A stretch of 64,000 nt of DNA from assembly GCA_964016885.1 (NCBI GenBank), contig OZ024743.1:246388001-246452000 (forward strand), read 5' to 3'. How positions within the stretch are numbered: position 1 is the stretch's first letter; each line of letters starts with the position of its first letter. Shown here piece by piece: positions 34,961 through 47,300 of the stretch. The translations under genes and the position numbers were made by a program. The stretch is from Eledone cirrhosa (taxonomy: Eukaryota). The notes under the pieces are model-generated. The model had not been told where the DNA came from, did no database searches, and saw only the letters and a list, made by a program, of their open reading frames with translations.

Positions 34961-35187
34961 CAACAACAGTGATGTTGAGAGAGCATCGTATTCTGTGTTA
35001 ACGAATGGGTTGCAAGAAGACGAACAGACGAAATAAGAAAATTACGTGATTAGGCAGAAGAGTGACGTCATACGAGATTCTCTCATTCACTGCTGTTTAT
35101 GCTTGCTACAATAACTTGACGGTATCAGCAGTCAAAAGTAGAACGGGTTTTCAATAAAAGCATTATTACAGCCAAATGTATTTGCCA

Positions 35188-35260
35188 GCCGAAATAGCTC
35201 AGTTGGGAGAGCGTTAGACTGAAGATCTAAAGGTCCCTGGTTCAATCCCGGGTTTCGGCA
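35188..35260 (+). tRNA. tRNA-Phe (anticodon GAA)
   Basis: GCCGAAATAGCTCAGTTGGGAGAGCGTTAGACTGAAGATCTAAAGGTCCCTGGTTCAATCCCGGGTTTCGGCA is the canonical metazoan tRNA-Phe. An oligo-T terminator starts at 35282. Confidence 0.98.
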
Positions 35261-36459
35261 TCCGGAGGTTGGCACAACATCTTTTTATTTTTTTAATTTC
35301 TATCTTACAATGCAGTAAGGTGGTAAATTTTAATTTGTTGCGCGTTTATAATAACTGAAGTTTTTAAAAATATGAATGGCAATATCCTGTATATTTGTTT
35401 TTTTTTAGATAATAAATAACATTTTAACACCCACTCAAATGCAAATGTAAACATTTTTTTGGATGGCTTCTCTGAATTCATATATTTACATGGTTACTTG
35501 GAAATGTTTGCTGTTGCAATGTCTGAATTTATTGCTGGAGTCATGATAAAATGTACCCCTACACTCAGTAAAGTATTTGTGTTGGTTCCACAAAAAAAAA
35601 CATCAAAAAACAACATTAAGTATACCTTGTATGGTGGCTAACATAAGGAAGGGCACCCAGCCGTGGAAACTATGCTAAATATGGAACATATGAGCACGAT
35701 GAGGTCACTCCAATTCTAACCTGTCTGGTCTTGGACCATGACAACTTGTTCAACTGCTGTCAGTGTGAACAGTGGACAAAAAATGATAATGATGATGACT
35801 TAACTTCTGTTTTTCTATGTTGGACAGACCAAGTCAGTGTTTAATTGGAGCTGCTGTACTTCCCTGGTGGGTTGGGTGTGACAACACAATTACATATATT
35901 TTGATTTGGGCTTGGTTTCTCTGTTAATGACACCCAAGGGTCAGGTGGAGGAGATGTTAAAGCAGGCAACTGAGTAAATCTTCTACCCAAATAGGCCACT
36001 GCAGGATTTGAACTCAAAATAGCAAGAACAAATTCTGCATGACCTCTCATTTGACACTGTAACCGCCCAGTTATTATACTTCAGTTCAGAGACACATTTA
36101 ACTTTTGTTTCCAAGAAGGTAAATATTTATTCTCTGAGCTTTCTAAAAGTTATTGAGCCAATGAGCTACCTAATAACATAACAGATTTCCATACTCAGAT
36201 TCAAGTTCTAAATATATAAACTAGCAATTAAGTGCTCAAGATTTAACCCTTTTTGAAACCAAACTACCTGAAACTGTCTCTGGTTCTCTGATACAAAACT
36301 GAAGATTTTAAAATGTTTATATTTATCCAGAAATTTTCCATTAATGTTACATAAGAACCTTTATGTTCCAGGTAGTGATGGTGGTGGTGGTAGTAGTAGT
36401 AGTAGTAGTGGTAACAACAACAATGACGTTGATGACGACGACAATGGTGGTAGTGTTGA

Positions 36460-39400
36460 GGATAATTATCTTAGATGCATGCTGGGATTATGTGGGGCTA
36501 GTAAATAAGGGAGGAGGATGTAAAAGCCTCACCAACCTGCTTAGAAGTTTTCAACTATCTGACAGGTATAGACTGGATTATCCAAATGTGCCAATGTGGA
36601 CATGGGCAAACCGCATTGGGTCATCCAGATCGTATCTAGATACGGTATTGTGTAGGGAAACAGATAAGGCTAGCGTAGGTTGTCCACAATTTAAAGTAGT
36701 CGGTTACACGGACCACAAATTTGTGATCTGTGAAGTCGACTTAGACTTCATAGGCAAGGACCCGGTTACTGGAAGCTGAACGCGTCTTTCCCGGCGCGCA
36801 AAGCTTACAGAGACCGGATAAGGAAATTAGTTAAGCGTGCGTTGAGGAGTGCGATCGTCAACAACAGGTGGTGGTTTACCCTGAAAAGGGCAATTAGAGT
36901 AGAATCAATAAGGTTTAGCAAAGGAGTAAAGATAGAGGAAAATAGAGTAGAAGGAGAGCTAGTTAGAAAGCTAGAAGAGGCGTTTAGGACAGGCATCGCA
37001 ACCGATGTGCTTGCGGCAAGATTGGCACTTGACCAATTCTTCAATGCAAAGCACAAAGGCTGCGTTGTCAGAGCTAGAGTGCGTGCTCCGAGACAAGAGG
37101 GGACAAAAGCTGTTCAATGGGCCCGGGTGGTGGAGGCGCGACATGGCAACAAAGCCACAATTCAATCCTTGCCTGACCAAAACGAGCACATGTTACTTGA
37201 ACCCAGGTAGATGTGTGAGGCTTTTCAACGGCACTTTGCTCAACTGTTTAGGAGTGGCGGCGAGCCAGATCGGAGTATGAACTTCAGTGTATACCTCGAG
37301 GGACTTCCGCAGCTCTTGATGACCGCAGTGCAGTATTGCGAAAAGCCGATAACAGCAGGTGAAATACTGGAAGCAATGTCTGACTGCCCGAGGGGTAAAT
37401 CGCCAGGTTTGGATGGTCTGCCCTACGAGCTTTATGCGTACATGCCAGACTTGTTCGGCGACCTCTTGGCAGATGTCTACTGCAACTGGCAGCAGAATGG
37501 GAGCATTCCCAATTTTGTGAGCCGGGGAGCGGTAGTGTTGTTGAGAAAAGACCTAAACAAAGGGGACGTTATAGACAACTTCAGGCCCATAACTCTGTTA
37601 AACACAGATTTCCAGATTTTGGCCAAGATGTTAGCAACGAGATTGGTGCTTGTCGTCGATAATCTGGTAGTAGAGGCGCAGACATGCGCCATTCCAGACA
37701 GATCCATCCACGACAACCTCCACCTCATGTGATACATCATAGAGAGGGTGGTTAAGGAACCTGGCACGGGTGGAGCCCTGATCAACTTAGATCAATCTAA
37801 GGCATTTGATAGGGTCGACCATCGGCTGGTTTCGGGCCCATTTTCAGGGGTTGGATCGCAGCGATGCACAACGACATCTCAGTTGTAAAGGTGGATGGTC
37901 ATCCCTCACAGCCGTTCAGCATCATGTGCTCGATCCGCCAGGGTTGTGCCCTCTCGTCACTCTTGTACATATTAGCCCTAGAGCCGTTACTGCACAAATT
38001 GGAGGTGATGAGAGACGTCACACGCGAACTGGGATGTGGAAGATCCATATCGACTTACGCCGACGACGTCACCGTGGTGGTCTCAAGCACCGGACATGTC
38101 TAGATGCTTAGCATCGCTCTCAAGGAATATGAAGCAGTGACAGGAGCAAAGTTAAACCAGGAAAAGTCGGTGGGTTTGCAGCTTGGCACCTGGAGAGGCA
38201 AGTCCATGCCGCCCGGGGTGCTGGACGGAAGGGCCAGTTAAATTGCTTGGGGTCTGGTTTGGTCTGGACCTCCAGATGGAGAAAAACTGGAGTGAGGTGA
38301 CGAACAAGGTGACCTCTCTCACCCAGAAATGGTCCGAGAGGAAGCTGTCCCTGAAAGGTCGGGCAGAGGTGGCAAATGCATTCATCACATCAATCATCTG
38401 CTACCACCTAACCGCTGTGCCTTGCCCTGGCCCAACTCTGACAAAAATGGAGCGCCTGCTCTTCCGCTTTTTATGGAAGGGACGTGCTCCTATGGTCAGA
38501 CGATCCACCTTCTCTCAACACCCATTGCGTGGAGGGCTGGGCATGCCATGGCTGATGATGCGCAAACACGCACTGAGGCTGTGACATCTCTGGTGCTTCC
38601 TTGACGGTGAACAGGTGTGGTCACCATTTGCCAGACGTGTTTTTCCCCAACTCGTCTCAACGGAGCTGCAGTCCTGGATCAAGAAAAGACACCTTGGAAG
38701 CTGGAATGTCTCCAAGTGCTCACAGCCTTCTACCAGCTGGGCACTAGTATTGGTGGAACATCCACCTCGGCGTTCTATAGAGGACTAGTGGAGGGAAAGT
38801 GACAACGTTCTTGGGGAGACCCTGGGCGTCGAAGACGATCAACTGTTCGCTCTCTTCAAGAGAATTTTCAGCCCGGGGCCTATGGACAACTTCCAGAAAT
38901 CCCTGACCTGGCAGTGCTACCGGGGAATGTTGCCGGTTTGAGATAAGCTCTACAGGCATGGAAGTGTCGTCAGCTGAACCTGTCTGAGATGCGCACAGAG
39001 CGACGAAACCATTGTGCATGCACTCGTTCGGTGTCCAAGCATTGCTGACTTGTGGAACTATGTCGAACATTTGCTGTCACATGTAGGACGGATCCAGTTA
39101 TCAACTGAGTCCATTGTGCAGATAGCCCCGCCGTCCTCCTTTAAGGTGGAGGAAGAGCAGGCAGTTTTCATCCGCCTGGTGGCCATGGCGAAAGAGATTA
39201 TATGGTAGACAAGGTTGAAAGGGTTGAAGACGGACACTTTCCTCTCCGGCCAATCCCTGATTAACTTTTTCAATTTTCACTTGAAGAGGAACATCAGAGG
39301 CAAGTGCTGACTTCTAGTAAGTTTGTTGAAAGGTGGGTGAAAGTGGCGAGTATGCGCCTGTAGACTGAGGAGTGGAAAACTGAGAGAGGGCGCTTGCCCT

Positions 39401-39630
39401 GGTGGTCAGGGTGGCCGTGGTCTTTTGTGTGATTTTCGCCACGAGTGACCCTTTGAAGTTTCCCCCCTATTGGGGAATTTTTGTTGTTTGAATTTATTTT
39501 ATAATTCTATCTTCTTCTTATAACCTTTTTTACATGACCCAAACCCACTTTGTATCGTCTTGTACCGTCTGTAATGTTTTTCTTCATGTTAGCTCTTGTG
39601 GCCAATAAAGAAACCATTATTATTATTATT
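36460..39630 (+). mobile_element. 5'-truncated Tx1/L1-clade LINE (ORF2 pseudogene + 3'UTR + (ATT)n tail)
   Basis: Homologous to 1-1450. Motifs KSPGLDGLPYELY, NFRPITLLNTD, IRQGCALS, YADD (38056-38067) and CLRC..DET..HALVRC; multiple stops and frameshifts; ends AATAAAGAAACC(ATT)n. Confidence 0.93.
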
Positions 39631-39820
39631 TGGCAGTATCGGTAGCGCGTCAGACACTATGCTTTGCAGCATAGGAGTTATGGTCCTTTATGTTCTGAGT
39701 TCAAATCCCGCCAAGGTTAACTTTGCCTTTCATCCTTAAGGGGTCGATAAAATAAAGTACTAGTAACGCACTGGGATAATTGCTGGCCTTGTACCAAAAG
39801 TAGAAACAATTATTATTATT
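39631..39820 (+). mobile_element. SINE family A inserted in the Tx1 (ATT)n tail
   Basis: Full head, body and tail, flanked on both sides by (ATT)n. Confidence 0.9.
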
Positions 39821-39959
39821 ATGATAGTGATGATGATTTTAATGTGGAAAGAAAACCAATTTTAATGCCCAGTTATTATTTTCTTTACTTCTTCATAAAT
39901 ATTGTTTCCTTGGAAAATATTTTTCATAATTTGAATGGAAAGTATTTCTTTGGTGATAT

Positions 39960-40172
39960 TAACCCTTTTTGATAACAAACTGCCTGGAACTGCTTCTGGT
40001 TCTATTATGAAAAACAGTTTATTTTAAAGCATTTATATTTATTTTAAGACCACACAACATAAATTTATGTAAGAACCTTTGTCACAATCACCAGCTTATT
40101 TTACTAAATCTTGATTATTTTCAAAATGATTTGAAAATCGTAGGCATTAGAAATATGGTAATGAAAGAGTGA
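39960..40172. mobile_element. piggyBac-type MITE, decayed; related fragment at 36243-36360
   Basis: TTAACCCTTTTTGA.A.CAAACT.CCTG.AACTG..TCTGGTTCT is shared by both sites. Confidence 0.55.
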
Positions 40173-41007
40173 AAGGTTTTTCAACTTCACATTTAATAAT
40201 TACAAGTTAAACTGAAAGTGGTGAATTGAGAAGGTTGTTAGGACATCAGATAGAATGCTATACAGCATTCTTCACAGCTTTCTGCAGTTTGAGTCCAAAT
40301 CCCACTCAGGTCAACTTTGCCTTTCATACTTTCCAAATCAACAACTGAAGTCCTAGTCAAGTACTGGGGTTGATCTCTCCTCTCTCTCTGGAAGTAATTG
40401 ACTATGCTCAGATCTGGAGAAGGATAGGCTCTACCATGTTTAAAATGTCCAAGACACAATGGTGCCCCTGTGACTCCATCAAGAATTCAAGGCCCATAAA
40501 TGGATGGAAGTTTATATGATAGCAGTTTTTGTCAATTCGCCTTATTGTTCTGCAAGACAAACTAATGTTTGCCTTTTTATGACACAAACGTTTAGCCACT
40601 GCCTGAAAGCATCATTACACAGATTTTTTGTCAGAATAGTTTTTAGAATCTTTAGCAGCATGTTTTTGAAGTATCTTAGTGTTAAGTTTTCTAATATATC
40701 CTTTAAATTTATGTATAATAAAACTTCACATGGGCCTGTTCTTAAGGGGGTACATTGAGTGCCACTGTCCCCTACTTTCCAAAGGTGTACCCTCAGATTT
40801 ATGGTGATATGTTTATTCCAAAATTCTGCCTGAGAATCATTGCAAAATAGAGTGCCTGCCCAGAATGTCCTTATGGCCCGAAGCACCAAAGCCTAGCAAC
40901 AGGCCTAACTTTACAGTAAAATATTGAGTATCGTTGACAATATATCTCCTTAGAAGAAAATGAAAATGTCTCATCCAATTCACTGGATTCATTGTATATA
41001 TATATAT

Positions 41008-41175
41008 GTTAAGGTTAGGGTTGGTTTGAGTTAGAATTAGGGCCAGAGTTTTGGTTAGGGTCAGGGTTGGGATTCATTAGGGTTAGGGTTTTAGTTCATT
41101 AAGTTTAGGTTAGGCTTCTGATTTGTTAAGGTTAGGACTATGATTAGCTACAGTTAAGATTCATTGGGATTAGGA
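41008..41175 (+). repeat. degenerate (TTAGGG)-like tract
   Basis: GGTTAGGGTT, TTAGGGTTAGGGTT and variants. Confidence 0.6.
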
Positions 41176-41414
41176 ATTTAAATGGATTTAAATCTAGAAT
41201 ATTCTAAGTGCACTGGTCTGTTTTTCACTTCAACAAAGAAGGAAATATTTATGGAGTTATTCTGGAATTTTCTATTTCTTCAAAAAGCTTCTTTTGTTTT
41301 CATATTTTTTTTTTAGTTGAAGCCAGAGAGTTTATCAATAATTTAAATACAAGCAATTATACCACTTAACATATTTTGAAAGAATATGATAACTTATATT
41401 TACTTTGCCTATAG

Positions 41415-41485
41415 CCATCTTTCCCAGATTACAAATTATGATATATCAATGCGGTACAAAAATCTGCTTGAGACAAAAATAGTAG
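41415..41485 (+). other. candidate isolated 71-nt exon
   Basis: TACTTTGCCTATAG| acceptor, AG|GTAAGC donor and an open frame HLSQITNYDISMRYKNLLETKIV. No homology support. Confidence 0.25.
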
Positions 41486-42609
41486 GTAAGCTTTTATTCA
41501 AAATGGCGATAAATCTTTTTTTTCCCCCATTAGTTGATAATTAGGGAAATCACTGACTCCATCAAACCTTGATTATGAAAAAAATGTGAGAATGAGAAAA
41601 AAAAGGAGTGAGTGAGAGAACGAGATGGGGAGATAGAGAAAAAATAAAAGACAGAGCGAGAGAGACAGAGAGAAGAGAGACAGAGACAAAATTGTTAAAA
41701 TTCTAACAGTCAGACCTATAGTCGGACCTAAAGATTATGTTAAAAAATTAATAAAACATTCCTTATACAACGATGACGCATTCAATACTAACAGTTGTAA
41801 AGGGTCTTGTGTGGTCTGATTGTTGCAGATTGTCCATGCCTGCTTTAAACCTTAGACTCTACTATTGCTTCTAAAGTGTTGATACAGGTAACAAAAAGTC
41901 ACAAACAATATACTTTAAATTGGCAGAAAGGGGGGAGGGGGAGTAAATTTAATCCCAGAGGGCAAATTTTGCCTATTTAGGAGATAAATTTTCTGATTCT
42001 GGATTTCTACTTTTTTTTAATTATAATTATAAACAATTTGTTCATTAAAATAGTTATTTGCTTTCTATCTACCATTTTTTACTGCATGAGTCTCATTGAT
42101 TCATGTACTTACATTAACTGACTGTATTTGATCTTAGTACCAGTATCAGGTATTTTCTTAAATAAAATGTGCATGTGTTGCAAGTGTCGCCTGGAGGGGA
42201 TGAAGGATGCGGTGTAGAGCTGGGGACTGGAGCGCTATACAGCAACATAAGTGTGTGGTTGGTTGTCCCCAGCCAGGATGCTTGGCACAATGGTGGATGG
42301 ATGGGAGAAACTGGAATTATAGGGAAGTAGGCAGGGTGATGATATGAAGGAGGCATCATATCTCACCTACACCATATCCAAAGGCAACAACAACAAAACA
42401 AAAAAAGGTGGGGAGAGTAGGGGCATAGAGAGGGGCCTAAAAAAAATTTAGTGGAAAATCTTAGAAATCTATATGTATATATGTATACACACATATTACT
42501 TCCTCCAACACACACACATGCATTTCCAAGTTTTGGCCATGATACCAGAGTATATGTTGTATGTACACACTTGTATGTGGACATTCTCATGTCCATTTGT
42601 ATGTGTGGG

Positions 42610-43106
42610 TATCATCATCATCATTTAACGTCTATCTTCTATGCTAGCATGGGTTAGACGGGAGTTATGCCACTTGAGGCAAGATTGGTCGCATGACCGT
42701 CTGGCAGGTTTTCTACAGCTGGATGCCCTTCCTAACACCAACCACAGTGTGGAACTGGGAACTTTTTACCGTGTTACCTACATGGCCACATTACAGCGTG
42801 GACTGTGTGTTTTTTTGTTGTGACACCTACACGACCTCATTAGTTTGGACTGGATGTTGTGGTACCAACATAACTTTATAGAGAAAGGGTAGTGTTGGCA
42901 GGAGTGGGAGGATGGAGTAGGGGTAGTGGGTTGGGGCGTATGTTTGGTTTGGAGGGGCCTATTGACTGTAGGTTAACTTTGCATGTAGGGAAGGCAGGTC
43001 TTCTGTAATACTGCATGGCGCCAAAGATCTCGATCCAGTGACATTGTCTTAGAGAGGTGCAAGTGTGCAAGGTTGGACTTTATTATGTCGTCCCAGGTTT
43101 TTCTAG
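42610..43106 (-). mobile_element. RTE LINE 3' end fragment
   Basis: RPRKTWDDIIKS remnant, 3'UTR AGGAAGGGCATCCAGCTGTAGAAA and (TGA)n tail. Confidence 0.8.
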
Positions 43107-43297
43107 GGCGGTGAATTGGCAGTATCGGTAGAGGGTTGGATTATGCTTTCCAGCATAGTTACGTCCCTTTACGATCTGAGTTCAATTCCCGCCGAGGTTA
43201 ACTTTGCCTTTCATCCTTACGGGGTCGATAAAATAAAGTACCAGTAATGTACTGGGATAATTGCTGGCCTTGTGCCAAAAAGTAGAAACAATTATTA
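43107..43297 (+). mobile_element. SINE family A, full length
   Basis: Closely matches 20967-21142. Confidence 0.9.
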
Positions 43298-43540
43298 GTT
43301 GTTCACTTTGACTGACTATATTTGGCACTAGTAGCAATGTCTGTTTAATAATAGCTGTTCATATTGACTGACTTTATTTGGTCCTAGTACTAGTGTATGT
43401 TCATCATTAGTTGTTCACATTGACTGACTATATTTAGTCCTAGTATCAATATCTGTACATCACTAGTCGTTCAGATTGACTGACTGTATTTGGTTCTAGT
43501 ACCAATATCTGTCCATCATTAGATGTTCACATTGACAAAC
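43293..43540. repeat. minisatellite, unit about 56 bp, about 4.5 copies
   Basis: Recurring GTTCACATTGACTGACTATATTTGGTCCTAGTA...ATCTGT.CATCATTA; a lone related unit lies at about 42110-42150. Confidence 0.85.
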
Positions 43541-44389
43541 CAGATTTGAGCAGAAAATATCAAAAACCGGGTTTGTTAATTTAAACGTTTGTAGTATATT
43601 TACTAGTGAACAGATTGTGAACATTTGCAACATTGGACTAAAGAGTTCAATTTTTAATCTGATGCAGTATTAGTGCTGCTTTATACTTTTCAAGAATATA
43701 TTACTAGTTTTGTATATTATTGTTAATGGATTTTGATTTTAACTCGAATTATTGTACAAAAGAGGATAAACGTAAATGTTATAATTACGGATGTTGTAAA
43801 TTTAGGTTAGAAAATTTGTCATGGGGTTAACAGATCGACTTCTGCTTTAAACCTTTACTCTTCTATTGCTTCTAAGATGTTGCTATAGGCAACAATAATT
43901 TGCTAACTGATAAGTCTACTTTAATCCTTATACCCTGTTATGGTTTTCAAAGTGTTGCTATAGGCAATAACCTTCGTGACTTAGTTAGAAATATTTCGTA
44001 GCGGGAGTCAGCAGAAAATAATTAGAATTCAAAGAATGTAACGGGTTCCAATAATGTTAAAATTAAATCTATGAAAGAATTATTCGATCAAAAGGAAATG
44101 ATTACAGAACAGTTTTTCCATTATATGCTGAAGTTATTCGAGCAATTGATAACAATCAATAAACAGGCTTTCAAACGCTTATCCGACGATTTTGATGTTT
44201 TTGATTAAAATCTGATACATGAAAAATGTCTGTTGTCACATGGAAACATTGGCAATAAATTCTGTTTCTCCGGTGAATAGGTCTTCAATCGATATCAGTC
44301 AGCTGTGTTAAGATATCCTCTCAGTTCTGAAGGATTCGAGCAATAAACCAAATATTTTTAGATTTCAACGTGAATGTTTAAACAAACAC

Positions 44390-47300
44390 TGTTGCTGCTG
44401 CTGTTACAGTTGTTGTTGTTATTGTTGTCTTTCAGGCGCTCATGTTTTTGGTATTGTTCCAGCTGTTATTGTTACTGTAGTAGTACTGAAGTTATTGTTG
44501 TTGTCGTTGTTGTTACTTTGATGTAGTTAGGTCGTTGTTCTTGTTACTGTGATGTTGTGAGGTCATTGTTGTTGTTACTGTGATGTGAGGTTATTGTTGT
44601 TACTGTGGTGTAGTGAGGTTACTGGTGTTGTTATTACTTTGATCTAGTGAGGTTACTGTTGTGTTGTTGTTGTTGTTGTTGTTACTATGGTGTAGTGTGG
44701 TTACTGTTGTTGTTGTTGTTACTGTGATGTAGTGAGGTTATTGTTGTTGTTGTTACTATTGTGTAGTAGGTTAGTGTTGTTGGTTTTGTTACTGTGGTGT
44801 AGTGAGGTTACTGTTGTTGTTGTTGTTGTTGTGTAGTAGGTTAGTGTTGATGTAGTGAGGTTACTGTTGTTGTTGTTACTGTTGTGTAGTAGGTTAGTGT
44901 TGTTGTTTTTGTTACTGTGGTGTAGTGAGGTTACTGTTGTTGTTGTTGTTGTTGTTGTTGTTAGTGATGTAGTGAGGTTACTGTTGTTGTTGTTACTGTT
45001 GTGTAGTAGGTTAGTGTTGTTGTTTTTGTTACTGTGGTGTAGTGAGGTTACTGTTGTTGTTGTTGTTACTATGATGTAGTGAGGTTATTGTTGTTGTTGT
45101 TACTTTGGTGTAGTGAGGTTACTGTTGTTGTTGTTACTGTTGTGCAGTGAGGTTCCTGTTGTTGTTGTTGTTGTTACTGTGATGTAGTGAGGTTACTGTT
45201 GTTGTTACTGTGATGTAGTGAGCTTACAGTTGTTGTTGTTGTTACTGTGATGTAGTGAGTTTACTATTGTTGTTGTTACTGTTGTTGTTGTGAGGTTACT
45301 GTTGTTGTTTGTTGTTGTTGTTACTGTTCTTGTTGTTGTTGTTACTGGGATGTAGTGAGGTTACTGTTGTCGTTGTTGTTAATGTGATGTAGTGAGTTTA
45401 CTGTTGTTCTTGTTGTTACTGTGATGTAGTGAGGTTATTGTTGTTGTTGTTGTTACTGTGATGTAGTGAGGTTACTGTTGTTGTTGTTGTTGTTGTTGTT
45501 ACTGTGATGTTGTGATGTTGCTGTTGTTGTCGTTGTTACTATGGTGTAGTGAGGTTACTGTTGTTGTTACTGTGATGTTGTGATGTTGCTGTTGTTGTCG
45601 TTGTTGTTACTGTGGTGTAGTGAGGTTACTGTTGTTGTTGTTGTTGTTGTTACTGTGATGTAGTGAGGTTACTGTTGTTGTTGTTGTTCTTGTTACTGTG
45701 GTTTATTGAGGTTACTGTTGTTGTTATTGTTGTTGTTGTTACTGTGATGTAGGTTACTGTTGTTGTGGTTGTTGTTGTTGTTGTTAATGTGGTGTAGTGA
45801 GGTTACTGTTGTTGTTGTTACTGTGATGTAGTGAGGTTACTGTTGCTGTTGTTGTTATTGTTAATGTGGTGTAGTGAGTTTACTGTTGTTGTTGTTGTTA
45901 CTGTGATGTAGTGAGGTTACTGTTGTTGTTGTTGTTGTTACTGTGATGTAGTGAGGTTATTGTTGTTGTTGTTACTATTGTGTAGTAGGTTAGTGTTGTT
46001 GGTTTTGTTACTGTGGTGTAGTGAGGTTACTGTTGTTGTTGTTGTTGTTGTGTAGTAGGTTAGTGTTGATGTAGTGAGGTTACTGTTGTTGTTGTTACTG
46101 TTGTGTAGTAGGTTAGTGTTGTTGTTTTTGTTACTGTGGTGTAGTGAGGTTACTGTTGTTGTTGTTGTTGTTGTTGTTGTTAGTGATGTAGTGAGGTTAC
46201 TGTTGTTGTTGTTACTGTTGTGTAGTAGGTTAGTGTTGTTGTTTTTGTTACTGTGGTGTAGTGAGGTTACTGTTGTTGTTGTTGTTACTATGATGTAGTG
46301 AGGTTATTGTTGTTGTTGTTACTTTGGTGTAGTGAGGTTACTGTTGTTGTTGTTACTGTTGTGCAGTGAGGTTCCTGTTGTTGTTGTTGTTGTTACTGTG
46401 ATGTAGTGAGGTTACTGTTGTTGTTACTGTGATGTAGTGAGCTTACAGTTGTTGTTGTTGTTACTGTGATGTAGTGAGTTTACTATTGTTGTTGTTACTG
46501 TTGTTGTTGTGAGGTTACTGTTGTTGTTTGTTGTTGTTGTTACTGTTCTTGTTGTTGTTGTTACTGGGATGTAGTGAGGTTACTGTTGTCGTTGTTGTTA
46601 ATGTGATGTAGTGAGTTTACTGTTGTTCTTGTTGTTACTGTGATGTAGTGAGGTTATTGTTGTTGTTGTTGTTACTGTGATGTAGTGAGGTTACTGTTGT
46701 TGTTGTTGTTGTTGTTGTTACTGTGATGTTGTGATGTTGCTGTTGTTGTCGTTGTTACTATGGTGTAGTGAGGTTACTGTTGTTGTTACTGTGATGTTGT
46801 GATGTTGCTGTTGTTGTCGTTGTTGTTACTGTGGTGTAGTGAGGTTACTGTTGTTGTTGTTGTTGTTGTTACTGTGATGTAGTGAGGTTACTGTTGTTGT
46901 TGTTGTTCTTGTTACTGTGGTTTATTGAGGTTACTGTTGTTGTTATTGTTGTTGTTGTTACTGTGATGTAGGTTACTGTTGTTGTGGTTGTTGTTGTTGT
47001 TGTTAATGTGGTGTAGTGAGGTTACTGTTGTTGTTGTTACTGTGATGTAGTGAGGTTACTGTTGCTGTTGTTGTTATTGTTAATGTGGTGTAGTGAGTTT
47101 ACTGTTGTTGTTGTTGTTACTGTGATGTAGTGAGGTTACTGTTGTTGTTGTTGTTGTTACTGTGATGTAGTGAGGTTACTGTTGTTGTTATTGTTGTTGT
47201 TATTGTGGTGTAGTGAGGTTACTGTTGTTGTTATTGTTGTTGTTACTGTGATGTAGTGAGGTTACTGTTGTTGCTGTTGTTGTTGTTACTGTGGTGAAGT

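Noticed and set aside
41008-41175. true telomere
   Set aside because: It is short, highly degenerate and internal.
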